From positions 1 to 40,115 of the forward strand of contig DALZBD010000001.1 of assembly GCA_031977515.1 (NCBI GenBank): a stretch of 40,115 bases of DNA, given 5' to 3'. This document shows, one piece after another, positions 9,069 to 18,385 of the stretch. The translations under genes and the position numbers were made by a program. The first letter of the stretch is position 1, and every line of letters starts with the position of its first letter. This stretch comes from Bacteroides sp. (GTDB lineage: Bacteria; Bacteroidota; Bacteroidia; Bacteroidales; Bacteroidaceae). The notes beneath the pieces were generated by a model that worked only from the letters and a program-made list of their open reading frames with translations, was not told the origin of the DNA and did not search any database.

Positions 9069-10475
9069 ATGAATTTTGTAAAGTATCTATTCACCTTTAT
9101 CCTGATAACGGGACTGGTGGCTTGCAGCAACAAAGAAGATGGTTCGGGAGGAGATAATGAGGAAGGCATCCCGACATACATGACCCTCTCTATATACCTT
9201 CCGGGTGGTAATCAGACACGTGATCTTCCCGATGACTACAACCCAGACGGAGAATATGAAGGGCATGATGCTATACAAACACTGGATATATATATGAGAT
9301 CCGGTGATGGTACCATCGAAGCCAAAAGATTCTCCGGTACAGGGATTTCTTCCAACGGTACTGTAGTGTCTCCCAGTCAGCCTTTCCGAACAACATCCGG
9401 TACAAAGACGATTTACGTGGTTCTCAATAGCCCGGATCCTCTGAGCACTACCATTACCAGTGAAGATGCTCTTATACCTACAGAAGGACTGGCAGAGACA
9501 ACCACTATAGACGGAACTGTCTACGACATTATCACCATGACCGGAAAAGCTACCAATGTAGCTATTGAACCGGACATCGCACAACAAGCTGTTGTCAGTG
9601 GTGGCAGCAATCATGTGTCTATAGAAGTAATACGTATGGCATCCCGTGCTATTGTGACTACAACAGCCAGTACACAACTTACGGACAGTGAAGGGCGTAA
9701 TCTCGGAACGATATCCAACATTACCTATTCAGTGGCACAGGGAACAAACGAGATCTATTTCCTCCCTCAGACCAACTATGTATCTTATGGATACAATTAT
9801 GTTCCGGAACTGGGAGAATATACAGATCAGGCAGATACTTATTACGACTATTCTGACCTCTCTGATCCTGAACCTGTACCGACTCAGCCGGCAGCTGGCG
9901 ACGGTTATAAATCACTGATCGGAAAATTCCTTTTTGAAAATACCCATGCGACCGGAACTGTAAGAACTACAGGATACAGAAAAGGAAATACAGCTTATGT
10001 ATTGGTCAGAGCTACCCTCACTCCGGCAGCTTCGGCCATAGCAGACGGGGGTACACTTACCAACGGAACATTCTATGTAGGCCAGACAGATGGTCTTATC
10101 TATTCGACAAAAGCAGCTGCACAAGCTGCCGTACAGAACCAGAGGGTGGCCGTATACGAACAGGGTAAAATGCTTTATTACGCATGGCTCAATCCGGACG
10201 ATATACAGGCTCCACTCAATTCTCCGGTTGTGCGTAACAACATCTACCACATCAATATCACCGGCTTTAGTGGTATCGGTTATAACTGGAATCCTCTCTA
10301 TCCGGAAGATCCGGATACTACAAATCCGGACAACCCCGATCCTAAACCCGTGAACCCGGACGAACCGGAACCACCGGTAGATCCTATTGATCCGTTGACT
10401 CCGGAACAGACTTACATGACTGTTGAGGTTACAGCTGTGAACTGGACTGTACACTCTTACGATATAGAATTATAA
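9069..10475 (+). CDS. mfa1: Type V pilus major subunit, Mfa1 family lipoprotein
   Basis: Lipobox LVAC, propeptide Arg (NQTR|DLP), VVRNNIYHINI motif, Pro/Asp-rich linker and terminal strand VTAVNWTVHSYDIEL. Confidence 0.88.
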   Translation: MNFVKYLFTFILITGLVACSNKEDGSGGDNEEGIPTYMTLSIYLPGGNQTRDLPDDYNPDGEYEGHDAIQTLDIYMRSGDGTIEAKRFSGTGISSNGTVVSPSQPFRTTSGTKTIYVVLNSPDPLSTTITSEDALIPTEGLAETTTIDGTVYDIITMTGKATNVAIEPDIAQQAVVSGGSNHVSIEVIRMASRAIVTTTASTQLTDSEGRNLGTISNITYSVAQGTNEIYFLPQTNYVSYGYNYVPELGEYTDQADTYYDYSDLSDPEPVPTQPAAGDGYKSLIGKFLFENTHATGTVRTTGYRKGNTAYVLVRATLTPAASAIADGGTLTNGTFYVGQTDGLIYSTKAAAQAAVQNQRVAVYEQGKMLYYAWLNPDDIQAPLNSPVVRNNIYHINITGFSGIGYNWNPLYPEDPDTTNPDNPDPKPVNPDEPEPPVDPIDPLTPEQTYMTVEVTAVNWTVHSYDIEL

Positions 10476-10487
10476 TAGAATAAGAAG

Positions 10488-10531
10488 TATCCCGGATCCT
10501 TGCTTGAATAATTATCAGGATCCGGGTATAC
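10488..10531 (+). terminator. Hairpin between mfa1 and mfa2
   Basis: CCCGGATCCT / AGGATCCGGG stem with flanking GTAT/ATAC pairing. Confidence 0.65.
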
Positions 10532-10555
10532 ACTTACACCGTCAATTTGCTCAAA

Positions 10556-11512
10556 ATGAATGTACGCTATACTTCCTTTCCGGGAATAGTTCTGATCATT
10601 GTCTGTCTTTTCATGGGATGTATAAAATCAGATTCCGACTCTTCCTGTGAACCGCCTGTTACACCTGGTGCACAGGGTCTGCAAATTTATTTTTATCAGA
10701 AGACAGTCTGTCAGACCGATACTCTTTATCCGGAGGAGATAAAAGAGATCCTACTGGCCATTTTTGATAAAGAGGAACGGTTGGTCACTTACACCCATGA
10801 GAGTATTCCAGTATTAGAGAGTGGATATTTTCAGCAGGTGGAAACAGATCCGGGGCTTTACTCTGTTGTAGCCTGGTCGGGAATCGATGAAGCGTATTAT
10901 GACCTGCAGGAGCTGCAACCCGGAACCACAAAGAAAAGCGATCTGCTGTTCCGGTTGAAAAGAACTCAGCAACAAGCCTCTGATATCACTGGTAGTAAGG
11001 TGTTTTACGGTGAAAGTGCAGCAGTATATGTGCAAGAGAATGAAAATGAGGGAGATCTTTTCGAGAAAGCCTCTGTCAATATGCAGGAGATCACCAATCG
11101 CATCAACATCTCTATCACGGGATTGGAAAACTCGGATGCTATTGAAGTATATATAGAATCTGACAACGGTTCTATGAACATAGACGGGAGTCTGGCTTCG
11201 GACGATACTGTCCGGTATACAGCGGAAATGTCAGAAGACGGATCGGTGCTGATTGCAGGATTTACCACACTGAAGCTTCAGACCGGAATGGAGAATACGA
11301 TCGTCATCCACGACAGTGCATCCGGCAAGGATATTTTCAACGGTAGTTTACTGGGAGCCCTGTTACTCATGAATCCGGGAGTAAATTTGGCGTGTGATCA
11401 CGATTTCAATATAAGATTTGAAGTAGAAGATACATGCCAGTGCGGAACGTATGTGATTATGAAAGTATATGTAAACAACTGGTTGGTGCATAGCTACGAG
11501 ACAGAAGTATAA
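10556..11512 (+). CDS. mfa2: FimB/Mfa2-family anchor pilin lipoprotein
   Basis: Lipobox FMGC, second Cys (IKSDSDSSC), LAIFDKEERLV, GLYSVVAWSG and C-terminal VNNW; second gene of the operon. Confidence 0.85.
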   Translation: MNVRYTSFPGIVLIIVCLFMGCIKSDSDSSCEPPVTPGAQGLQIYFYQKTVCQTDTLYPEEIKEILLAIFDKEERLVTYTHESIPVLESGYFQQVETDPGLYSVVAWSGIDEAYYDLQELQPGTTKKSDLLFRLKRTQQQASDITGSKVFYGESAAVYVQENENEGDLFEKASVNMQEITNRINISITGLENSDAIEVYIESDNGSMNIDGSLASDDTVRYTAEMSEDGSVLIAGFTTLKLQTGMENTIVIHDSASGKDIFNGSLLGALLLMNPGVNLACDHDFNIRFEVEDTCQCGTYVIMKVYVNNWLVHSYETEV

Positions 11513-11514
11513 AT

Positions 11515-13305
11515 ATGGGAAAGACAACTAACAAAATAAGGATACAACTTCCGGTAAAGATCTCTTTCATCCTCCTCTGTCTGGGACTTTTTTCTCTCAC
11601 TTCATGTAATCGTGACGAGCATAACAAAGGTGGAAATACAGAAGATGCTGTCCTTTCACTGACCGTAAGAGCATCTTCGACGGCAGTAAATACAGATACG
11701 GAATTGTGGGAAGACCGGGTAACCGAACTGCGTATGCTTGCCTTTGACTCCGCAGACGGAGAGTTGATATTCAATCAGATATTATACTTTCCCAACGGAT
11801 TTTCTCAGAAGAGCAAAGCGGTACGTCTGCCTGTAGGAACATTCAATTTCTATTTCATTGCCAACGAGACGGTCTATCCCAACAATTTTGTGGATGCCCT
11901 GGAAGATATCAGCAACGAATCGGAGTTTACGACCGATACCCGTTTCACAACTCTTCTCTACAATCCGGACTTTAAACCGGATAGCCAGTCACAGGAAGGG
12001 CGTTTTGTGATGTCTGCCGTATATACAGACATTACCATAACCACAGGTGGTACAGAAAACAATCCGGCGCAGCTGCCCTTACCTACGAGTACGGTGGAAC
12101 TGGTCAGATCACTGGCGAAAGTCGAAGTGATATTCCGTAAAAAAGTATCCGGAAGCACCATCGATGATCAGACGATCACCTCTGTACTGCTGGAACAGGT
12201 AGCAGACTACCTGTCTGTACCTCCGTTGGATGACTATTACGAAGGTACTGAAACCGATTCACCTCATGGTGACCTGAGTGGCCTGGATTATAGCCGCGAC
12301 AGTATAGGTTCTGTGATCTTCTACATTCCGGAATTTCTTGTGGCAGAGGGAAGTACATCCTCTACGTTGTTAGAGATAAACAACCAGACTTTTCCTATCC
12401 TATCAGATGATGGTAAAGTTGGGATCACTGACCAGCGCAGAACTGTCCCTCCCTTATCCAACAACAGTGTGATCCGCAATTATCACTACCAGATCAATGT
12501 GTATATAGATGCTGAAGGAGGATTACAAATACGTACGTATGTAGATCCATGGAGAAAAGACGACTATAATTACCTGTTTCAGGGTGATATACAAATTACC
12601 ATTCCTCCCATAGAGCCAACAGATAGTAGTATTATCATTACTACAGAATGTGGAAAAGTAGAAATTTTAAGCCACAATGAATTCCTGAGTCAGGGACTTC
12701 AGGGGGCTTACAACGATGTGGTCAATTATTATGATCCTGTATTACAGGGTCCCACAATCTACAAAGGAGATCCCCCTTATTATTGTGAAAAGAAATACGG
12801 ACCGGGCTGGAGACTGATAGACTCCTGTGAACTTCTTTCTTTCCTTGCAGCAGTGGATGCAGCCTACAGGATATATCTGTCTAATACCTGGCTGGCAGCA
12901 GCTCATCCGGTTCCTTATTACCCAATACAATTCCGGCAAGAGGCTCAGGGCATACTGGAAAAACTGACAGGAGTAGATCTTTCAGGAGATGTACTGTTTC
13001 CTACCAATAATTTTGCCGATGAGATATCAGATACCAAAATGGGAATTGTGGATGATTATTTCTCACCCGGAGATATTATGCTGCGCATCATGGATTTTCC
13101 CAATGGCTGGCCATTTGCAGCTCCTCCGGGAACCGATCTGGAATGGTTCTACAACGAAGTTACCATCCAGGTAAAAGCTTTCTGGTACGACGAAGGATAC
13201 CTTACCCTGACTGATAGGGACAATTGGGACACTGTGCTTTACAATGAATTTGAACGCTACGACTACAGCAGTACCGTATCTCGCTGTGTCAGATCTGTTG
13301 AATAA
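11515..13305 (+). CDS. Type V pilus tip/ancillary subunit (Mfa3-like) with C-terminal extension
   Basis: Lipobox LTSC, TVR|AS, EDRVTELRMLAFD, FYFIANE, LVRSLAKVEV and IRNYHY pilin motifs, followed by an extra ~240-aa domain ending RCVRSVE. Confidence 0.75.
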   Translation: MGKTTNKIRIQLPVKISFILLCLGLFSLTSCNRDEHNKGGNTEDAVLSLTVRASSTAVNTDTELWEDRVTELRMLAFDSADGELIFNQILYFPNGFSQKSKAVRLPVGTFNFYFIANETVYPNNFVDALEDISNESEFTTDTRFTTLLYNPDFKPDSQSQEGRFVMSAVYTDITITTGGTENNPAQLPLPTSTVELVRSLAKVEVIFRKKVSGSTIDDQTITSVLLEQVADYLSVPPLDDYYEGTETDSPHGDLSGLDYSRDSIGSVIFYIPEFLVAEGSTSSTLLEINNQTFPILSDDGKVGITDQRRTVPPLSNNSVIRNYHYQINVYIDAEGGLQIRTYVDPWRKDDYNYLFQGDIQITIPPIEPTDSSIIITTECGKVEILSHNEFLSQGLQGAYNDVVNYYDPVLQGPTIYKGDPPYYCEKKYGPGWRLIDSCELLSFLAAVDAAYRIYLSNTWLAAAHPVPYYPIQFRQEAQGILEKLTGVDLSGDVLFPTNNFADEISDTKMGIVDDYFSPGDIMLRIMDFPNGWPFAAPPGTDLEWFYNEVTIQVKAFWYDEGYLTLTDRDNWDTVLYNEFERYDYSSTVSRCVRSVE

Positions 13306-13312
13306 AAGAAGT

Positions 13313-14311
13313 ATGCGAAAGAAGAGTTATTACATAGTATTCTTGTTGCTGTGCGTGGTCACAGGATGTGGAGAAACAGAGCGCCCGGAGGTCGTGGAAG
13401 AGAAGAATGTAACCATAAGGCTGGGACCGTCGCGCAGCGGCTGGACGAGGCTTATAGATGATGACAACCTGGCCATGGAAGAGACAATCATAAACCTGAG
13501 TGTCTTTTTCACAGAGCCCTCTTCTACTGCTATTGTATATAAATATGTATTTACCGGCTTCAGCATATCTGGAGAGGAACAGGTCATTACCCTCCCTCTG
13601 GAGGCTACCGACCTTCAGACCAAAGACGTGTATGTAATTGCCAACTACGACGACGAGAGTGAGTTGGATGATATAACGACACTGGATGGTATCCGGGCAC
13701 TTTTCACTCCCGAGATAGGCAAAAGCAACAACCTGGATCCGTCCGAGGGTTTCTGTATGTTTGGCCATACCTATGATGTGGACTTTACGGACAGTAGCAA
13801 TTTTCCCGTGTATGTGGAATTGGTGAGAAGTTGTGCAAAATTCAGGATCAACCTGAATTTCCCGGAAGATCCGACCCTGAGCACCAACAACACTTTCCTT
13901 ATCCAGAAGGCTGCCAAATATACACATGTAGTGGAGAATCTCGTAGAGGTACTTCCTACTACAGATTATTTCAATTTTGCCGCACCACTTCCTCTGAACG
14001 ACAACGGAAGGCAGAGCTACACCAATATTGCTTATGTATACGAATCTTCCCAGGCACCTCTTCTGACCATATATACTCATATCAACGGAGAGATGGAAGA
14101 ACAGGAGTTTACCGCGACCCTGCCTCTGCCACAAAGGAATTACCTCTACGACCTCTTTATACGTGTATATGAAGAAGAAGATGCCTCAACACGGGCTATC
14201 ACAAACGGAGAGAAAAAAACATATACTATTGAAAGTACAACATGCGTTTACAATGCAGAGGGACAACAAATAGAAGAACTGAAAGAGACCGGATATCTGC
14301 AGCGGCCATAG
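13313..14311 (+). CDS. Type V pilus ancillary subunit (Mfa4-like)
   Basis: Start MRKKSYY at 13313; lipobox VTGC, WTR|LI, VYVIANY, LVRSCAK and RNYLY motifs. Confidence 0.72.
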   Translation: MRKKSYYIVFLLLCVVTGCGETERPEVVEEKNVTIRLGPSRSGWTRLIDDDNLAMEETIINLSVFFTEPSSTAIVYKYVFTGFSISGEEQVITLPLEATDLQTKDVYVIANYDDESELDDITTLDGIRALFTPEIGKSNNLDPSEGFCMFGHTYDVDFTDSSNFPVYVELVRSCAKFRINLNFPEDPTLSTNNTFLIQKAAKYTHVVENLVEVLPTTDYFNFAAPLPLNDNGRQSYTNIAYVYESSQAPLLTIYTHINGEMEEQEFTATLPLPQRNYLYDLFIRVYEEEDASTRAITNGEKKTYTIESTTCVYNAEGQQIEELKETGYLQRP

Positions 14312-14369
14312 AAAGATCTGTTTTTTTCCACCTGTTTTCAACAGGTTATTCTGTGACAACATATACCAA

Positions 14370-14410
14370 AGTAGCTTCGTATATCCTTATATACGGAGCT
14401 ATTCTTTTTT
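14370..14410 (+). terminator. Terminator of the pilus operon
   Basis: AGTAGCTTCGTATAT / ATATACGGAGCTATT stem followed by a T-run. Confidence 0.65.
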
Positions 14411-14601
14411 ACACAGGCTTTGCAGAGGAGAATGGATAATTTGTCGTATCTTTATCACTGTAAACTGATAATTCCGGAACCACCGATCAACTTTTACCCG
14501 CCGGAGTTGTTAAGAAAAAGACATTCTCCTATCTGCCTCCTGTCAGAAGAAAGGCAGCCAGGGAAAGGATTACGATGTTTCACCTAAACCCATCCTGACG
14601 T

Positions 14602-15312
14602 ATGGAAAAAGTAATAGACAGAGCAAACAGCCGCGGACATTCTGTGCATTCGTGGCTCGACAGTTATCATACTTTCAGTTTCGACCGCTATTTCAACCCC
14701 GAACGTGTCAATTTCGGTGCCCTGCGTGTACTCAACGATGATACAGTAGCCCCAGGCAAAGGTTTTGGCAGCCATCCCCACGCCAATATGGAGGTGGTTT
14801 CCATTCCGTTAAAAGGTAAACTTCAACACGGGGACAACAAGATGAACGACCGCATCATCAGCCCGGGCGATATCCAGGTAATGAGTGCGGGTACGGGGAT
14901 CTTTCACAGCGAAATGAACGCCAGTGAAGAAGAGCCTGTAGAGTTTCTGCAGATCTGGGTAGTGCCCCGGGAGAGAGAGACTTTTCCGATATATCAGGAT
15001 TTCGATATCCGCCCCCTGTTGCGGAAGAACGAACTGGTTCCGATTATTTCTCCGGATGGCAGTACACCGGCTTCGCTGATACAGGATGCCTGGTTTTGCC
15101 TGGGAGAATTGGAGGCTGGAAAAAGTGTACATTACGGATTGCACAAGCCTCACCACGGAGTATATGTCTTTGTGATCGAAGGAGAGGCAGGTGTGGCCCA
15201 AACCCATCTGTACCGACGCGACGGAATAGGAATATGGAAAACAGACTCTGTAGAAATACAGGCTCTTACCGCGTCTCACCTGTTGCTGATAGAAGTTCCT
15301 ATGTTCGAATAA
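14602..15312 (+). CDS. Pirin-family protein
   Basis: WLDSYHTFSF, FGALRVLNDD, GFGSHPHANME, MSAGTGIFHSE and FLQIW motifs. Confidence 0.93.
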   Translation: MEKVIDRANSRGHSVHSWLDSYHTFSFDRYFNPERVNFGALRVLNDDTVAPGKGFGSHPHANMEVVSIPLKGKLQHGDNKMNDRIISPGDIQVMSAGTGIFHSEMNASEEEPVEFLQIWVVPRERETFPIYQDFDIRPLLRKNELVPIISPDGSTPASLIQDAWFCLGELEAGKSVHYGLHKPHHGVYVFVIEGEAGVAQTHLYRRDGIGIWKTDSVEIQALTASHLLLIEVPMFE

Positions 15313-15328
15313 CATCAGAAAGAAAACT

Positions 15329-15967
15329 ATGGACCTATCAACGATCACAGGGGAATACCATCAGCACGGACTGCATCGCAAGGATCTGCCGGACGACCCG
15401 ATCCAGTTCTTCGGTCGCTGGCTGGGAGAAGCCATCGAAAAGCATGAACCCGAACCCACGGCTATGACTGTGGGTACCGTATCTGAAAGCGGACACCCTT
15501 CTACACGTATCTTGTTATTGAAAGGTATGCGCGAAGGCAAGTTTATTTTCTATACCAATTACGAAAGCCGCAAAGGACAGCAACTGGCTCAGAACCCGGA
15601 TATCTCCCTGACTTTCTTCTGGCCCGGGCTCAACCGGCAAGTGAATATAGAAGGAACGGCAGTGAAAACGTCTGATACTGAATCGGACGATTATTTCCAT
15701 TCAAGGCCGGAACAGAGCCAGATCGCCGCACGTATCTCTCCTCAAAGTGAACCTATATCGGGACGTATGTTCCTGATGAAAAACTTCATCAAAGAGACCA
15801 CGCTGTGGACGGGACGTGAGATAGATCGTCCCGACTTCTGGGGTGGCTATGCTGTGACTCCCGCACGTATCGAATTCTGGCAGGGGCGTGCCAACCGCCT
15901 CCACGATCGCTTCCTATACGAATTCGGACCGGATGGCCACTGGCATATCGAACGTCTGGCTCCCTGA
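15329..15967 (+). CDS. pdxH: Pyridoxamine 5'-phosphate oxidase
   Basis: RILLLK, FYTNYESRKG, EFWQGRANRLHDR and terminal RLAP. Confidence 0.95.
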   Translation: MDLSTITGEYHQHGLHRKDLPDDPIQFFGRWLGEAIEKHEPEPTAMTVGTVSESGHPSTRILLLKGMREGKFIFYTNYESRKGQQLAQNPDISLTFFWPGLNRQVNIEGTAVKTSDTESDDYFHSRPEQSQIAARISPQSEPISGRMFLMKNFIKETTLWTGREIDRPDFWGGYAVTPARIEFWQGRANRLHDRFLYEFGPDGHWHIERLAP

Positions 15968-16100
15968 CTCTATCTTATCAGTATATATCTTCCCTGGACG
16001 AAGACCGACCTGCATTCGTGCCTGACAATCGGAATAATTCCCGCTATCTCTTGGCCGGGCGGGAAAGTTTATGTATCATTGCATAGCAAATAACCCGGAT

Positions 16101-16832
16101 ATGAAATTGCATTACATCTACCACAGCGGATTTGCTTTGGAGACCAACAGATTCACAGTTATCATCGATTACTACAAAGATACCTCAGAGACCGATCCGA
16201 AACACGGATGGGTACACGATGTGTTGCTACCGGGCTCCAGACCATTGTACGTACTCTCTTCCCATTTCCACCCGGATCACTTCAATAAAGAAATACTCTC
16301 GTGGCGGGAGATACACCCGGATATACATTATATATTCTCACGTGATATTCTTAAACACCGAAGGGCAACGGAACAGGATGCTCTGTGGCTGCGCAAAGGA
16401 GATACCTATGAAGATGATCTGCTGAAGATCCGCGCGTTTGGTTCTACAGATGTGGGCATCTCTTTTTTATTGGAGACAGAGGGGAAACTGATCTTTCATG
16501 CCGGAGATCTCAATAACTGGCACTGGAGCGACGAATCGACCCCTGAGGAGATCCGCAAAGCGGAAGGTGACTACCTGGCCGAATTGAAGCAACTCTACCA
16601 GACTGCTCCGGAACTGGACCTGGTCATGTTCCCGGTAGACTCCCGTGTGGGCACAGACTATATGCGGGGTGCCCGCCAGTTTGTACAAAAGATCCGCACT
16701 GACATATTTGTTCCCATGCATTTCGGAGAGGATTATGCGGGTGCACAGGCTTTCGGGCCTGTAGCTGAAGAGGCAGGATGCAAGTTCTTTTGTCCTGTGG
16801 AAAGAGGACAAACCATGGGACTTACGATGTAA
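16101..16832 (+). CDS. MBL-fold metallo-hydrolase
   Basis: YIYHSGF, SHFHPDH, FHAGDLN and PMHF motifs. Confidence 0.88.
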   Translation: MKLHYIYHSGFALETNRFTVIIDYYKDTSETDPKHGWVHDVLLPGSRPLYVLSSHFHPDHFNKEILSWREIHPDIHYIFSRDILKHRRATEQDALWLRKGDTYEDDLLKIRAFGSTDVGISFLLETEGKLIFHAGDLNNWHWSDESTPEEIRKAEGDYLAELKQLYQTAPELDLVMFPVDSRVGTDYMRGARQFVQKIRTDIFVPMHFGEDYAGAQAFGPVAEEAGCKFFCPVERGQTMGLTM

Positions 16833-16864
16833 CAAACCAACGGTCGACGAAGTCTATTACAATT
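16832..16864 (+). repeat. 33-bp post-stop-codon motif, copy 2
   Basis: ACAAACCAACGGTCGACGAAGTCTATTACAATT, beginning at the last base of the MBL stop codon. Confidence 0.75.
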
Positions 16865-16867
16865 TAT

Positions 16868-16930
16868 GATTATTCCCTATGGTCATGACCATTATTCAGA
16901 ATATTATCAAATCGGAACGTTGAAGTAAGA
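16868..16930 (+). repeat. 63-bp repeat, left copy
   Basis: 62/63 identical to the reverse complement of 19043-19105. Confidence 0.95.
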
Positions 16931-17051
16931 AAATGTGATTATCCTGTTTTCTCTTTTATAAGATCTTCTGTGAATGACAGATATACCATACAGGATATAA
17001 TTCTTTGCATGAATGGAAATATATAAAACCATATAAATAAAACATACGATC

Positions 17052-18332
17052 ATGAATAAGCCTATACAAATGATTCTGGCATGCCTGATGGCTTGCATGC
17101 CTCTGTGGGCGATCGCCCAGGACCCTGATGCTCCTTATCTGGCAGGTGCGGTACCCGAAAAAGATGGCAGAGTAGTATTCACCAAAGAGTTTGTCATACC
17201 TGGTATGCAGAAAGAGATGATCTACACCCGGATGCTCAACTACCTGGAAAAACGGATGGGGGAAAACGAAAACACCAGCCGGGTAGTCTATCAGGAACCT
17301 GAGGAAGGCAAAATGGCAGCCATGGGCGAAGAGTATATCGTATTCAGCTCGGGGGCATTGTCACTGGATCGTACCCTGGTCAACTACCAGATCTCTGTGG
17401 AGTGTGCTGCGGAGAAGTGTATCATGGAGATAGAAAAGATACGCTATACGTATCGCGAAAAAGAGAAATATAGCGCAGAAGAGTGGATTACAGATAAATA
17501 TGCCCTGAACAAAGCGCAAACAAAACTGGTGCGTGGCCTGGCCAAATGGCGTCGAAAGACTGTGGATTTTGCCAACGATCTCTATGCAGGAGCAGCTACT
17601 GCACTGGGAGCACCGGACACTGCTCCGGTCAAAGAACCGGATCCAGTGATCCCTGTTACCCATACGGCAAGTACAGGCCCTGTAGTGATTGAAGTACAAC
17701 CACCAACTCTTACCCCGCAAATCGCGATACAACCTCCTGTGTCGGTAACTCCCGCGGTAACAGAGCCCCAAGTGATTCAACCGGCTGTGACACCTCCTGC
17801 AACGTCAGTACCTGTAGGCAAAGACATGACAGGATACAGACAGATCGCTCCGGACAGACTACCGGGCAACATCATCAAAATGCTGAACGATGACTGGATG
17901 CTGATCACTGCCGGCAATGAGCAACGGTTCAATATGATGACTGCGAGCTGGGGCGGACTGGGCGTGCTGTATGGCAAACCCGTAGCCATCTGTTTCATCA
18001 ACCCTGCCCGCTATACCTATCAACTGATGGAAACGGAAGACACCTATACATTTACTTTCTATACGGAAGCTTACCGGGAAGCCCTGCAATATTGTGGCAG
18101 CCACTCGGGACGTAGTGAAGACAAAGTAAAAGGTTCCGGACTCACCCCATTGGCTACTCCCAACGGAAGCATGGCTTTCTCCGAAGCATGGCTGGTGATC
18201 GAATGTAAGAAACTGGTCTCTCAGTCCATTATTCCGGAAGCTATCTCGGATGCAAAGGTCAAAGAACAATGGGCAGGCAAACCGATGCACAAGATGTATA
18301 TCGGAGAGATCGTGAATGTGTGGATGAAGTAA
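17052..18332 (+). CDS. Exported DUF4468-domain protein fused to a flavin-reductase-like domain
   Basis: Signal peptide; YLAGAVPEKDGRVVF and AEEWITDKYAL (DUF4468); Pro/Thr linker; WMLITAG...FNMMTASWGG...HKMYIGEI (flavin reductase-like). Confidence 0.82.
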   Translation: MNKPIQMILACLMACMPLWAIAQDPDAPYLAGAVPEKDGRVVFTKEFVIPGMQKEMIYTRMLNYLEKRMGENENTSRVVYQEPEEGKMAAMGEEYIVFSSGALSLDRTLVNYQISVECAAEKCIMEIEKIRYTYREKEKYSAEEWITDKYALNKAQTKLVRGLAKWRRKTVDFANDLYAGAATALGAPDTAPVKEPDPVIPVTHTASTGPVVIEVQPPTLTPQIAIQPPVSVTPAVTEPQVIQPAVTPPATSVPVGKDMTGYRQIAPDRLPGNIIKMLNDDWMLITAGNEQRFNMMTASWGGLGVLYGKPVAICFINPARYTYQLMETEDTYTFTFYTEAYREALQYCGSHSGRSEDKVKGSGLTPLATPNGSMAFSEAWLVIECKKLVSQSIIPEAISDAKVKEQWAGKPMHKMYIGEIVNVWMK

Positions 18333-18385
18333 TTTACAAATGGACGATTTACGATGTACGATTGAAAAAACAAAGTATACACAAA

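Noticed and set aside
13150..13312. Complete diversity-generating retroelement acting on the Mfa3-like gene
   Set aside because: No reverse transcriptase, template repeat or post-VR hairpin in the window; the next gene starts 7 bp after the stop.
13289..14134. 281-aa antisense ORF and similar long overlapping ORFs within mutS2, aguA and pulA
   Set aside because: They fully overlap well-supported genes on the opposite strand and show no motifs.
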